From Candidatus Dormiibacterota bacterium (GTDB taxonomy: Bacteria > Chloroflexota > Dormibacteria > Aeolococcales > Aeolococcaceae), in assembly GCA_963754015.1 (NCBI GenBank), contig CAVWEG010000004.1, positions 262,455 through 326,454 of the forward strand: a stretch of DNA of 64,000 bases, in the 5' to 3' direction. Below are positions 1 through 8,191 of the stretch, piece after piece (within the stretch, counting starts at the first letter, position 1; every line of letters starts with the position of its first letter). Both the position numbers and the translations under genes were made by a program. Under the pieces are notes generated by a model. The model had not been told where the DNA came from. It did no database searches and saw only the letters and a list, made by a program, of their open reading frames with translations.

Positions 1-469
1 CAACTTTCGAGTCGGCGCCGCTTCGAAACCTTCTCCGGTTACCCAATCCCCAACTAACGAAGATCAGACGCGCTAAGCGGATATACCGCATTGGGAAAGC
101 GGTGTCGCAATACTGTCCGCGTCGCTGAAGCCGATGATGCTCCTGGCTAGAACGTTCCAGGCCTAACCGCGACAATGCTCAACCCGGCCGGCATCGTGAG
201 TGTGTCCAGATAACAGTTGCGGCCCCCGTGCTCCCTCGTCGGTTCGCCCTCCGCGTCCAAGTCCAGAAAGACCGAATCCGGCTTCTTCTCGCCCACAGCT
301 TCAAACTCAAAGTAGGCGGTGCCCACTTCTGATGAGCCTTTATCAACCCCGCCATGCGTCCTCCCCTACAAGCCGCCGCGGCAGCGAGGCATCGTGCCGA
401 GGAGAGCAGTAGGTGCCCCCGTTGTCGACATGACGCCCCGACGGTGAAGGCCCGAGGAACAAGGTCGCT

Positions 470-500
470 CTGGGTACATTCGCGGATGCTCGCCTGGGGG
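470..500 (+). repeat. Interspersed ~31-bp repeat, copy R1
   Basis: CTGGGTACATTCGCGGATGCTCGCCTGGGGG; matches consensus C(T/A)(G/A)GG(T/G)ACATTGGCGGATGCTGGCCTG seen 6-7 times in the first 3.7 kb. Confidence 0.8.
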
Positions 501-553
501 ACGCTCCTCACCCCAAGGACCGGCCATGGGCTTGGGAGGTAGGCTTCGGCCGC

Positions 554-961
554 ATGAGACGCAACGCAGCCTGCCGTGGGCGATGTTGTGCAGTTCTCTT
601 TGCCCGACGGGCGCTACGCCTGCTGCGTGATGCGTCTGTGGCTTTTTACCGAGTGACTACGCGGGAACCGGGCAAACCTCCGATCGGGAGTCGCGACTAC
701 CAGTTCGTAGTCGGTGTTTACGCCGACGTGCTTAGGTCAAAGGAAGTGCCGATCGTTGGCCGCGATCCGAGCACGGACGTTGATGACGAATGGCCGCCTC
801 CGTACTCGGTGCACCATCCACTAACAGCCCGGACGGACCGGTACGAGAGGGGCTCAATGCGCGGTGCTAAGGAGGACGAGACGCGTGGTCTTGAACCCGC
901 GGCGGCGTGGGACCTGAACCACCTGGTCGACCGACTGATGGGCGTTCAGCGGGGAAACTGA
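554..961 (+). pseudogene. Mini-cassette gene, immunity-protein-like, probably frameshifted near 620-640
   Basis: The ORF-track frame gives a plausible body (FYRVTTREPGKPPIGSRDYQFVVGVYADVLRSKEVPIVGRDP...AAWDLNHLVDRLMG). The expected N-terminal motif GDVVQFSLPDGRYACCVMR lies in another frame (about 583-655) and hits a stop. It resembles the 3214..3654 product. Confidence 0.35.
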
Positions 962-1002
962 TTTCACCTGGTCTTTTCGGCTGCGTTGGCAGCGCCCCGC
1001 AT

Positions 1003-1035
1003 CAAGGGACATTGGCGGATGCTGGCCTGCGCGAG
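1003..1035 (+). repeat. Interspersed ~31-bp repeat, copy R2
   Basis: CAAGGGACATTGGCGGATGCTGGCCTGCGCGAG; 533 bp after R1. Confidence 0.85.
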
Positions 1036-1557
1036 TCACCCGGTCGTCGATATCACCGTCCACTTTCCTGGGTTAATCCCGAAGAACGGCGCCTTGTATT
1101 CGATCGCGACAACTTGGCCATCGGGAACCTGGATCGTTATCGACAAGTCCCCGCCGCGAGAAAGGAAGTTCATCGGGTAATAGCATCGGACGACATGGCG
1201 GCCGGGCTTGAGGGGAATGAAGGAAGTGCCCCATCGCCGAACCACGGGAGAACCGCCATCGACCACGAGCCGGGCGTGTCGAAAGGTGTTGAGTTGCGTG
1301 CGACGGGTCGTGACCTTGATTCCCGTTGGGTGCGTCGTTGCTACCTTCGGGATCTGCTCGGATCCGTGGCTGAACTTCGCGACGAGAATCCGCTGGGCTT
1401 GTTGTTCGTCGTCCTCGGGACTAGGACGGTGGGTCCACCGGCTCCAGCGCGACGGCCTGCTCACGATTCGGAGCATACGCGCGACTGAACGGAGGGTAGC
1501 CTTGGACACAGCAAGTGCGAGCTGATCCGGCTGAGACGACCTTGGCTCTGGGTACAT
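1036..1557 (-). CDS. Hypothetical protein; only the C-terminal ~100 aa look convincingly coding
   Basis: C-terminal part HPTGIKVTTRRTQLNTFRHARLVVDGGSPVVRRWGTSFIPLKPGRHVVRCYY...APFFGINPGKWTVI looks like a real beta-rich domain. The N-terminal part reads through repeat R3 and is doubtful, so the true start is unknown. Confidence 0.35.
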   Translation of the reverse strand: MYPEPRSSQPDQLALAVSKATLRSVARMLRIVSRPSRWSRWTHRPSPEDDEQQAQRILVAKFSHGSEQIPKVATTHPTGIKVTTRRTQLNTFRHARLVVDGGSPVVRRWGTSFIPLKPGRHVVRCYYPMNFLSRGGDLSITIQVPDGQVVAIEYKAPFFGINPGKWTVISTTG

Positions 1558-1580
1558 TGACGGACGCTGGCCTGGCGAGC
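1548..1580 (+). repeat. Interspersed ~31-bp repeat, copy R3
   Basis: CTGGGTACATTGACGGACGCTGGCCTGGCGAGC; 545 bp after R2. Confidence 0.8.
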
Positions 1581-1695
1581 AGCGCTCTCGCTCGGGCAGC
1601 CGAGGCTAGCACCCTGCCGAGCTATCGGCCGGAGGTTCTGTGGAATCCAAGGTCCTTAGATGCAGTGGTTAGTACCTTGAGCGGATGATCTCGCC

Positions 1696-1914
1696 ATGCC
1701 GCTGGTCCGCGCTCCATCAGCACGGCGCGCACGCCGCGGCAGTATCGCTTTGATACTGCTCGCTATGCTCTTCGTTGCAATCGGCCTGTTCTGCATGATC
1801 GCGGGGGGACGTGTTCAGGCTGCGGGTGTTCCGAATCTCTCCGCCGGCGCGGTTCTGTGTGTGCTGGCGGGTGTCGCGTGGTTCTACGTTGCCCCGCGGG
1901 CATCTGGGCCGTGA
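1696..1914 (+). CDS. Small two-TM membrane protein (72 aa)
   Basis: Basic N-terminus followed by two hydrophobic helices (IALILLAMLFVAIGLFCMIAGG and AVLCVLAGVAWFYVA); sole occupant of the R3-R4 cassette. Confidence 0.4.
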   Translation: MPLVRAPSARRARRGSIALILLAMLFVAIGLFCMIAGGRVQAAGVPNLSAGAVLCVLAGVAWFYVAPRASGP

Positions 1915-2045
1915 GGGCACAGCCGCGCGCACGCAAGCACGCATGAGCCCTCACAGGGCGGACGTGTGACTGACGCGGGGCCGGGTGATTGTTGTCCGCC
2001 GGCTACGGGGTCGAGGTCGCAGATCGCTGATCGTTGATTCGCCCT

Positions 2046-2078
2046 CAAGGGACATTGCCGGATGCTGGCGTGGGCAAC
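2046..2078 (+). repeat. Interspersed ~31-bp repeat, copy R4
   Basis: CAAGGGACATTGCCGGATGCTGGCGTGGGCAAC; 498 bp after R3. Confidence 0.8.
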
Positions 2079-2131
2079 ACCAGTGCCCCCAGGCAGCACC
2101 TAACCGCCGCCGACCTTAAGCGGACAGCTCC

Positions 2132-2554
2132 TTGGCATACCGTCTGAAGTGTTCGAAATCGTGGCGCCACGGGATGAACCCGCGTGATGCGGAAGTTGCC
2201 ATCTGCAACACCATCGGACCTGAAAAGAAGAGGCGCGAGTGCTGTTCTGCTTCATCACGACTGCATGACCATGGTGATTCTCATCTGGCTGATGTTGCCG
2301 CCCGGCGCGCCGAAGTTGTTGATCGAAATCGTGGCCGTTGCAGCTTTCGTTGGAATCACGTATCTCCAGATGTTGGTGCGACGGAGTTTGGGCCGCTAAG
2401 GCAGCAACTCGGGCTGTACTTCGAACCCGAGGAGTATGAGGACGAAATTGCCGACGCGGCTCGGCAGTCATCAAACTTCGCAGCGGCGCTCCGGACGGTC
2501 TATCCAACTCCGAACGCGCTCTTGTTATGGGATCGCGTCGGCGCTGATGGATAG
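2132..2554 (+). CDS. Hypothetical cassette protein, possibly frameshifted
   Basis: Only the C-terminal part (GPLRQQLGLYFEPEEYEDEIADAARQSSNFAAALRTVYPTPNALLLW) looks coding. A TM-like segment sits in overlapping ORF 2184..2399 in another frame. Confidence 0.25.
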   Translation: MAYRLKCSKSWRHGMNPRDAEVAICNTIGPEKKRRECCSASSRLHDHGDSHLADVAARRAEVVDRNRGRCSFRWNHVSPDVGATEFGPLRQQLGLYFEPEEYEDEIADAARQSSNFAAALRTVYPTPNALLLWDRVGADG

Positions 2555-2580
2555 AGTTCGGCATCTCATCGCCGATGGTC

Positions 2581-2613
2581 GCTCCCCAGGCCTGCATCCG
2601 CCAATGTACCCAG
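2581..2613 (-). repeat. Interspersed ~31-bp repeat, copy R5 (inverted)
   Basis: Reverse complement reads CTGGGTACATTGGCGGATGCAGGCCTGGGGAGC; 535 bp after R4. Confidence 0.85.
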
Positions 2614-2647
2614 AACGAATCTCTCGCCTTGAAGGAAGCGAAGTGTC

Positions 2648-3094
2648 GTGTCTAGGATGGTCGAGGTGAGCGAAGTCACGACGAATTCCATCGATGCCAA
2701 CGGGCGGGAGATCGGCACCGTCCTCGAATGGTGGCGAGAACCAGCGACGTCTGGCGGCTCGCGCGGAGACTGTCGAGTTGACTGCCACGTCGTTGGTTTC
2801 AGCAACTTTACTGGTGCGGGTCCGGATTATTTCGAGGCGCTCCGTGAGGCAAGGCTCGCGATGGAGGACGCCGGCCTTCGGCCCTGCTGTGCTGGCGCGC
2901 GACGCGACACGTGGGCGTCCGGAATGCAGCGAGATATGGGTCAAGGCCTCACCTGCTACGTGCTCTCTTTTCCGCGTACAAAGGTCCGCCCTCCGGTACT
3001 CGGGACCTTCGATGCAGCCACACCAGATGTGATTGGCAGCGTTGCCGATCAGGAGGCTTTCCAGAAGGCTTGGATGGCCACCCCGCTAACCTGA
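2648..3094 (+). CDS. Hypothetical cassette protein (148 aa)
   Basis: Clean ORF filling the R5-R6 interval, starting 35 bp after R5 and ending 24 bp before R6; no recognisable family. Confidence 0.45.
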   Translation: MSRMVEVSEVTTNSIDANGREIGTVLEWWREPATSGGSRGDCRVDCHVVGFSNFTGAGPDYFEALREARLAMEDAGLRPCCAGARRDTWASGMQRDMGQGLTCYVLSFPRTKVRPPVLGTFDAATPDVIGSVADQEAFQKAWMATPLT

Positions 3095-3117
3095 GGAAGG
3101 GTCCGGAGCGGTTAAAC

Positions 3118-3150
3118 GTCGCGCAGGCCAGCATCCGCCAATGTACCTTG
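3118..3150 (-). repeat. Interspersed ~31-bp repeat, copy R6 (inverted)
   Basis: Reverse complement reads CAAGGTACATTGGCGGATGCTGGCCTGCGCGAC; 537 bp after R5. Confidence 0.85.
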
Positions 3151-3213
3151 GCGAAGGTCTGGGCGGCGGCGAAGGAGCGCGCGGCCGAAGTCCCGCATCA
3201 TCCTATCGAAGCC

Positions 3214-3654
3214 ATGACGAAACCAGGCAACAAGAAGAGCGCCAAAGCCAAGATCGGCGACATATTCAGGGTTCCCATCGCTCAGGAGGTCTGCGCTTAT
3301 GGGCAAGTCATCGGCCAGCAACAGCCGAGGACCTTTCTCGTCGTCATCTTTCGAGTGACCGATCGTGGAGCGGCCTCTATCGACGATGCGATAGAAAGCG
3401 GGTTCGATCTGGCTGGGATCGTGTTCGACGCGAAGTTGGCGAATGGTGATTGGCCGATATTAGAAGCGAGGCCGTCCGTGGCGATGCCACGTCTCTGGTT
3501 TGTGGATGGGCACCCTGACCTCGAGGGACTGCGCCTCACCAACTTCGATCGGACCGTTAGGCAACCACAAGAATCGCTTGGACGGCGGCACGCAGCCTGG
3601 GATGATGACTCACGTCGACCGAGCCACTGGTGCTGGCCCCCCAGCCGAGGGTGA
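3214..3654 (+). CDS. Immunity-protein-like cassette protein (Imm26-like pattern; family assignment from memory only)
   Basis: Internal ATG of ORF 2911..3654. Reads MTKPGNKKSAKAKIGDIFRVPIAQEVCAYGQVIG...GIVFDAKLANGDWPILEARP. The lysine-rich N-terminus, GD-hydrophobic-x-hydrophobic-P motif and later W-P-I motif are typical of small polymorphic-toxin immunity proteins. The C-terminal 40 aa look off-frame. Confidence 0.4.
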   Translation: MTKPGNKKSAKAKIGDIFRVPIAQEVCAYGQVIGQQQPRTFLVVIFRVTDRGAASIDDAIESGFDLAGIVFDAKLANGDWPILEARPSVAMPRLWFVDGHPDLEGLRLTNFDRTVRQPQESLGRRHAAWDDDSRRPSHWCWPPSRG

Positions 3655-3663
3655 CCTGCCTCC

Positions 3664-3694
3664 TATGTTATTGGCCACCGCTGGCCGTATTTGC
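3664..3694 (+). repeat. Possible degenerate copy R7 of the 31-bp repeat
   Basis: ATGTTATTGGCCACCGCTGGCCGTATTTGCG keeps the ATTGGC and CTGGCC blocks at the expected ~546-bp spacing; weak. Confidence 0.35.
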
Positions 3695-3819
3695 GGGAGT
3701 AATTCGAGGGTCTAGATTTTTCGATTTCCCATACCTTTGAGATGATCTCGGCCGCCGTCAGGATCTGTAGAAAGATAGGGTCTGCCTCCGGACCCTACGA
3801 CCCCCCGTCGACGGGTGCC

Positions 3820-4428
3820 TCAGCACGAATTGTCGACGGTATATCCAAAGTACGTTGGCATATATTGTCTAACGTAGTTGCCGCCCGACTGTAGCTCCAA
3901 CCAGTCGCCGCCAGATACGTAACCGACTGTCATACCATCGCAATTCGACCCGTTGTACATATCGACAGGGGGAGTTGATGTGTATACGTCAGTGGGACCA
4001 TTCTGGACGACGTTCGCGTATTGGCTGTATTCCCCTGTAATGCGACCATTATCCGAAGTCCAAGCGCACGGCCCGCAGTGGTTGAGGATGTCTGACTCGC
4101 CGTTGGCATTGTCAGTTGCCCACGACCAATTGGGCAGAAAGCTCTCAGAAGCGATGATCGTATATTTCGAGGTGACCGAAACATTGATTTCCGTTTCCGT
4201 GTCGCCGTAGTCATGTCCTGCCCATTGTGTACAGCCCGTCGAGCTAGGAATCCACCACACCTGAACAGACTGAGTTAGGTATTGACCGTTGCCGAGCGAG
4301 ACCTTTTGGCTTGCAGATGATACGTTGTAGTAACACGGAGTTGAAGCATGCGCGGTATATGGCAGCGCGAGGCCAACGGCCACGCTGACGAATGCCGCGG
4401 AACAGACTGCAATTAGCTTGCGCATCAC
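3820..4428 (-). CDS. Secreted cysteine-containing protein, paralog family A
   Basis: Signal peptide MMRKLIAVCSAAFVSVAVGLALPYTAHA/S, then TPCYY, GCTQWAGHDYGD and a C-terminal Cys (DNSC). Paralogs at 43629..44294 and 52529..53200. Confidence 0.8.
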   Translation of the reverse strand: MMRKLIAVCSAAFVSVAVGLALPYTAHASTPCYYNVSSASQKVSLGNGQYLTQSVQVWWIPSSTGCTQWAGHDYGDTETEINVSVTSKYTIIASESFLPNWSWATDNANGESDILNHCGPCAWTSDNGRITGEYSQYANVVQNGPTDVYTSTPPVDMYNGSNCDGMTVGYVSGGDWLELQSGGNYVRQYMPTYFGYTVDNSC

Positions 4429-4657
4429 TCGACTCCTTCCTTGGTCGCAACAACGGCCACTATGTGAACTTCAGATTGCTACCGGCATTGCCCGTTCGTG
4501 GGGACGTTTACATCTGTTCGCTAATCCGAGTCCAACCCGCGACTGGGCTTGACCCCGGAGGCGGATCCACAAGATGTCGGACACATTCCATCAGAACCAC
4601 TTCGATGACGCGACGGAGCGTCAGAAGTAAAGTAAGCGCATAAGAAATAAGTTGACC

Positions 4658-4673
4658 GTCAATTGTTGACAGT
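4658..4673. promoter_or_regulatory. 16-bp palindromic motif, site 1 (GTCAATTGTTGACAGT)
   Basis: Perfect GTCAA-TTG-TTGAC inverted repeat, 230 bp upstream of the minus-strand secreted-protein gene ending at 4428. Confidence 0.5.
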
Positions 4674-4870
4674 CGTCGCACCTTGAATTGCTATCTACGG
4701 CCCCATCCATGCCGGATTGCGAGCGCAGGCTCCTCACCCTCAGCGCGTTTATGACGGAGTTGCCCCTGTCAATGGTATCCCGACCAGAAGGTCGATCCAC
4801 CGCAAACGCCTCGGAGCCGAGACAGCAGCTCTGCAACACCTACCTGAACAGCCGCCTGATTCCGAAATGT

Positions 4871-5350
4871 CTACGGCCGGTTCGATGGCTTTGCGCCTCG
4901 CCTTCCTTCCCGCAACTGAGCCGATGACGACGGGCGACGACCAGGTGCGCGCTGTCGGCGTTGAATCTCCAGGCGCTCTTGGATATAGCTCTCGACTGCG
5001 GCGATCGGTACGAGCCTCCGGGCGCCGACGGTGAAGTACGGCAGGTCCCGCTGCAGAAGCTTATAGACGGTATTTCGCGACACTCCCAGAGCTGCGGCAA
5101 CATCGTCGACCCCTAAAGACAGGCGCACGCCCGAGACTCTGCGATCAGCCGATGGAGGCTCGTCCCCGGCGCTTGCCAGCTTCGAGCCCTCGCTCTCGAC
5201 ATCGCTCGCGCTAGTCACGATCAGCGACGTGTACCCGCGTTGACGCCAACAAGCACCCCACCTGATGCAGTGCCGGCGCGACCGTCTGCATTCCTTCGAC
5301 GCGCGCACGACTCGCCAAGTACTTCGATTGGAGTTCAAGTTGAATGTCAA
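4871..5350 (-). CDS. Excisionase/MerR-type helix-turn-helix DNA-binding protein (start uncertain, probably shorter)
   Basis: LSLGVDDVAAALGVSRNTVYKLLQRDLPYFTVGARRLVPIAAVESYIQERL matches the excisionase-family HTH pattern. Confidence 0.6.
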   Translation of the reverse strand: MTFNLNSNRSTWRVVRASKECRRSRRHCIRWGACWRQRGYTSLIVTSASDVESEGSKLASAGDEPPSADRRVSGVRLSLGVDDVAAALGVSRNTVYKLLQRDLPYFTVGARRLVPIAAVESYIQERLEIQRRQRAPGRRPSSSAQLREGRRGAKPSNRP

Positions 5351-5458
5351 CAGGCGGTCGCCGTGCTAACGCTGCAATGTCATCGGCGCAACTTCTCAGC
5401 GCCTCATCCGCTCGGCCGCTTTGGAGCTCACATCCTCCCGATCGGATTCGGGGCTGTT

Positions 5459-6145
5459 TCATGGAGAGCTGCTAGCTCGACCGAGTTGGTTGAGCAGGCT
5501 TTCGGCCAGATTCACAACCAACCGCCTCCCCGCCTGCTCCTCCATCCACCGTGCCGCACGAAGCTGCTGCGACACATTCTGCTTCGTGGTTCCCACTGTC
5601 TCTGCAATCAAGGCCTGACTCAGACCCGTCGATCGCAGCCTTGCAACCGCTTCCGCCGCCGGTAAGGCCTTCCGACTGTCGAAGAGCGCCTTCATTAACA
5701 GCAGCGCGGCTTCGAAGCTGCTCGCATCCATCCCCTCAGCAAGCACCCGCAGACCTCCGACACGACCACGCTTAGCCGCCGTGAGCGCTCGTCGCGCGAG
5801 CAGAAACGCACTCCCACGACTTTCGCGGACGCTCGCAGGTAGCGGCCTCTGTACAGAACCGATCCCCACCCCCACCCACCACTCCGCAGCCTCCAGCGCT
5901 CGCAGCGCGACCGCCGCTACCGTCTCTGCTTCGCGGATCAATCCTTCCACCTCGTCGCCGGCGGTCCGTTCGAACGGGAGCACAAACCGGAGCGACGCGT
6001 CGGCCCGTGTCTGATCCAGCCAGGCACCGACCATGTCTGGCCGCGCACGACTACGCCGTTGATCCAGGAGCACTGCCGCCAATGGCGGAACACCTACCTC
6101 GCCGAGCCACGTCACTACGCGCAGGGGTTGACTTCGCACAGTCAA
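5459..6145 (-). CDS. Putative DNA-binding regulator with C-terminal HTH (SatD-like pattern, uncertain)
   Basis: C-terminal LSQALIAETVGTTKQNVSQQLRAARW is an HTH; central TAGDEVEGL resembles the GDEFQG motif I associate with SatD-type proteins. Confidence 0.5.
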   Translation of the reverse strand: MTVRSQPLRVVTWLGEVGVPPLAAVLLDQRRSRARPDMVGAWLDQTRADASLRFVLPFERTAGDEVEGLIREAETVAAVALRALEAAEWWVGVGIGSVQRPLPASVRESRGSAFLLARRALTAAKRGRVGGLRVLAEGMDASSFEAALLLMKALFDSRKALPAAEAVARLRSTGLSQALIAETVGTTKQNVSQQLRAARWMEEQAGRRLVVNLAESLLNQLGRASSSP

Positions 6146-6203
6146 CCCCGAGGCATTGACGCGTCGAGAGATCCCATCAACCCCATCGTCGCGATCCCTG
6201 GTT

Positions 6204-7010
6204 TCACCAATCTATCACCGAAACCGATGCGAGCACATCGCTGCTCAGGACATCCAAATCCAACACAGCGCAGTGACCATTGGCGTGACTACCGGCGCCG
6301 CTGTCGCAGTTGAGGGAGACCACGCGCACCGCTTGCTCTTCGGCCCCGCGATGGAAGCGCTGATCGCTCGGGACATGCCAGTGGCCGTGCACCTGCAAGC
6401 TCGGTCGTACCGTGTACACGATGCGCTCAAGCGCCATGCGGTTCGCGTATACCGCGTTGCGCACCTGGAGCGGGAGGTCATCGAGATCGAAGTCAGCCCG
6501 GAGTTGCACATCGAGATTGATGTCATGGCTGAACAAGACGTCCGCTCGCCCAGGCGTAATGCAGGCCTCAAACTCGGCGCTGGTGATCGCCTCTTGCGGC
6601 CACCAGCTCCGCCGGGGAGTCCGATACATCACGTCAATCGAGCTCGCTCCGCCACACGCCAGCAGCGTCCTCCCCGCCCAGGTCCAGCGATGACCGCGCG
6701 GCAAATGCATGATGTGCGGGCGCACCGGACGCCGGCCTGCCGCATCAAGAGGAAGGGCATAGAGCTGCGCGACATCCTCGTGATTGCCGTCGATGAACCA
6801 GATCGGTATCCGCGTTGCCGCAGCCCTACGATCCAACGCGTCGAGATACCGCTTCCCGTCGAGATCCGGCCAGATCCCAAAATCACCCATCTGCAAAATC
6901 AGATCGCACTGCTGCCGTTTCGCCTGCGGAAAAACATGCGTCAGCATCCACTCGCCGTTGCCATGTACATCACCGGTCAGCAGAACTCGGCGCATCGCGG
7001 TCTTGGTCAT
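6204..7010 (-). CDS. Calcineurin-like metallophosphoesterase
   Basis: Motifs GDVHGN, MGDFG, DGNHED, SHD and VHGHWH in canonical order. Confidence 0.85.
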   Translation of the reverse strand: MTKTAMRRVLLTGDVHGNGEWMLTHVFPQAKRQQCDLILQMGDFGIWPDLDGKRYLDALDRRAAATRIPIWFIDGNHEDVAQLYALPLDAAGRRPVRPHIMHLPRGHRWTWAGRTLLACGGASSIDVMYRTPRRSWWPQEAITSAEFEACITPGRADVLFSHDINLDVQLRADFDLDDLPLQVRNAVYANRMALERIVYTVRPSLQVHGHWHVPSDQRFHRGAEEQAVRVVSLNCDSGAGSHANGHCAVLDLDVLSSDVLASVSVIDW

Positions 7011-7273
7011 TCGCCTGAATGCCAGAGCGCTGGTCCTTCGTGGACTCGAGCCTCCGTCTCAGGATGCATCCTTCCGGGAGGCGCCAGACGCGCAGCGTAG
7101 TGCTCCTCATCGGGCTCCGCATGCACCACCAGCGAGGGGCCGTCCTCGCCGGCAAACGTGATGGTGCACGCGGAGCCGGCTGGGAACCCTGCCAATTTGG
7201 CGAGCAGCGAGAGCAAATTGCGCTGACTAAGGGTGATCACGACCTTTTCGCGAGTCAGCAGATCAAGGCGCAC
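7007..7273 (-). CDS. Small conserved hypothetical protein, TLSxRNLLxLLAKL family, copy 1
   Basis: VVITLSQRNLLSLLAKLAGFPAGSACTITFAGEDGPSLVVHAEPDEEHY; 4-nt ATGA overlap with the phosphoesterase gene; paralogs at 7305..7610 and 51882..52298. Confidence 0.6.
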   Translation of the reverse strand: MRLDLLTREKVVITLSQRNLLSLLAKLAGFPAGSACTITFAGEDGPSLVVHAEPDEEHYAARLAPPGRMHPETEARVHEGPALWHSGE

Positions 7274-7304
7274 GACTAGATCCAGCTCCAGATGGTCTGG
7301 ACAC

Positions 7305-7610
7305 TCATCGCCGCACCGAAGTCAAGAAAATCACTCGCGCCCCCCGGAGTCGCACCATCGAGTCCAACTCGATCGTCGTCGTCAAGCTGCGCCTCCACCT
7401 CTGCAGGCATGCGACGGGCGGGATAGCACGACTTGTGTAGCGGGTCGCGTCCTCCTCCGCATTGCCGATCAGAAGCGGCCACGGCGGATCGAAGAAGACA
7501 AGGATCGGATCCTCGCGGGGTGCCCCGTCCAACATCGCGAGCAAACTCCGAAGGTTCCGCCGGCTCAGCGTGGTCTCGATTTCCGTCAATGTCCGCTGAT
7601 CTATGCGCAT
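7305..7610 (-). CDS. Small conserved hypothetical protein, TLSxRNLLxLLAKL family, copy 2
   Basis: TEIETTLSRRNLRSLLAMLDGAPREDPILVFF...NAEEDATRY; diverged tandem paralog of 7007..7273. Confidence 0.55.
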   Translation of the reverse strand: MRIDQRTLTEIETTLSRRNLRSLLAMLDGAPREDPILVFFDPPWPLLIGNAEEDATRYTSRAIPPVACLQRWRRSLTTTIELDSMVRLRGARVIFLTSVRR

Positions 7611-7619
7611 CGGAAATGC

Positions 7620-8093
7620 TCAGTTCTCTCGGGAGCTGCGCGGCCCCGCGCCGCGATTGCCACGCAGGCCCACGTCCATAGCCGATGTCGAACGACGATA
7701 CGAGCCACGTGCGGGTTGCGCCCCAACCGCGGCAACGCGCCCAACAAGGCCTCGTCCACCCTTCGCATTCACGGCGACGCGTTCCCCCAGCGCCTGCTCG
7801 AGCCCGCGCGCGATAACCAGCAACACCACTCGATGCCGACAAGGATCGCCAGTCTCCAAGTTCAAGCGCAGCGCCGTCGCAGCAAACCGCAGCCACCCCA
7901 ACCCATCGGCGAGCGCATCGTCGTGCTGGGCGGCCCAGGCCAAGACGTCATCAGTGAATGCTTCGAAGGCCTGCGCATACCCCACCAGCTCCGCCCGATC
8001 ATCGTCGCCAAGACGCTCAGCCAGCGACCACACCTGCACATATGCTCGCTCCAACGCCACGAAGGCTTCGGGATTTGGTTCCACCAGCGCCAC
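7620..8093 (-). CDS. Hypothetical protein (157 aa)
   Basis: First gene of the minus-strand operon, 9 nt upstream of 7610; helical acidic sequence with no family recognised. Confidence 0.45.
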   Translation of the reverse strand: MALVEPNPEAFVALERAYVQVWSLAERLGDDDRAELVGYAQAFEAFTDDVLAWAAQHDDALADGLGWLRFAATALRLNLETGDPCRHRVVLLVIARGLEQALGERVAVNAKGGRGLVGRVAAVGAQPARGSYRRSTSAMDVGLRGNRGAGPRSSREN

Positions 8094-8191
8094 GGCCTCA
8101 GCGCCCTCCTGCTTGCTTCACCGTACTGGCCGTATCGTGACAGATGTATCCCTAGAAAGTCAACTCTCCTCGATCCGCTACGCTTCCGCGG

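Noticed and set aside
470-3150. The repeat as a conserved coding motif (it translates as GTLADAGL in one frame)
   Set aside because: Its frame, position and orientation relative to the plausible genes are inconsistent between copies: upstream of some genes, downstream of others, and on either strand.
470-3694. The periodic 31-bp repeats as a CRISPR array or an integron attC cassette array
   Set aside because: - The ~535-bp spacing is far too long for CRISPR spacers.
- The repeats occur in both orientations.
- They show no internal dyad symmetry or R''/L''-L'/R' attC structure.
- No cas or intI gene is present in the window.
- A GTTAAAC next to R6 is probably a chance match to the attC core.
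6156-7100. 314-aa plus-strand ORF
   Set aside because: It is antisense to the metallophosphoesterase gene, which has all the canonical motifs. This is a shadow ORF.
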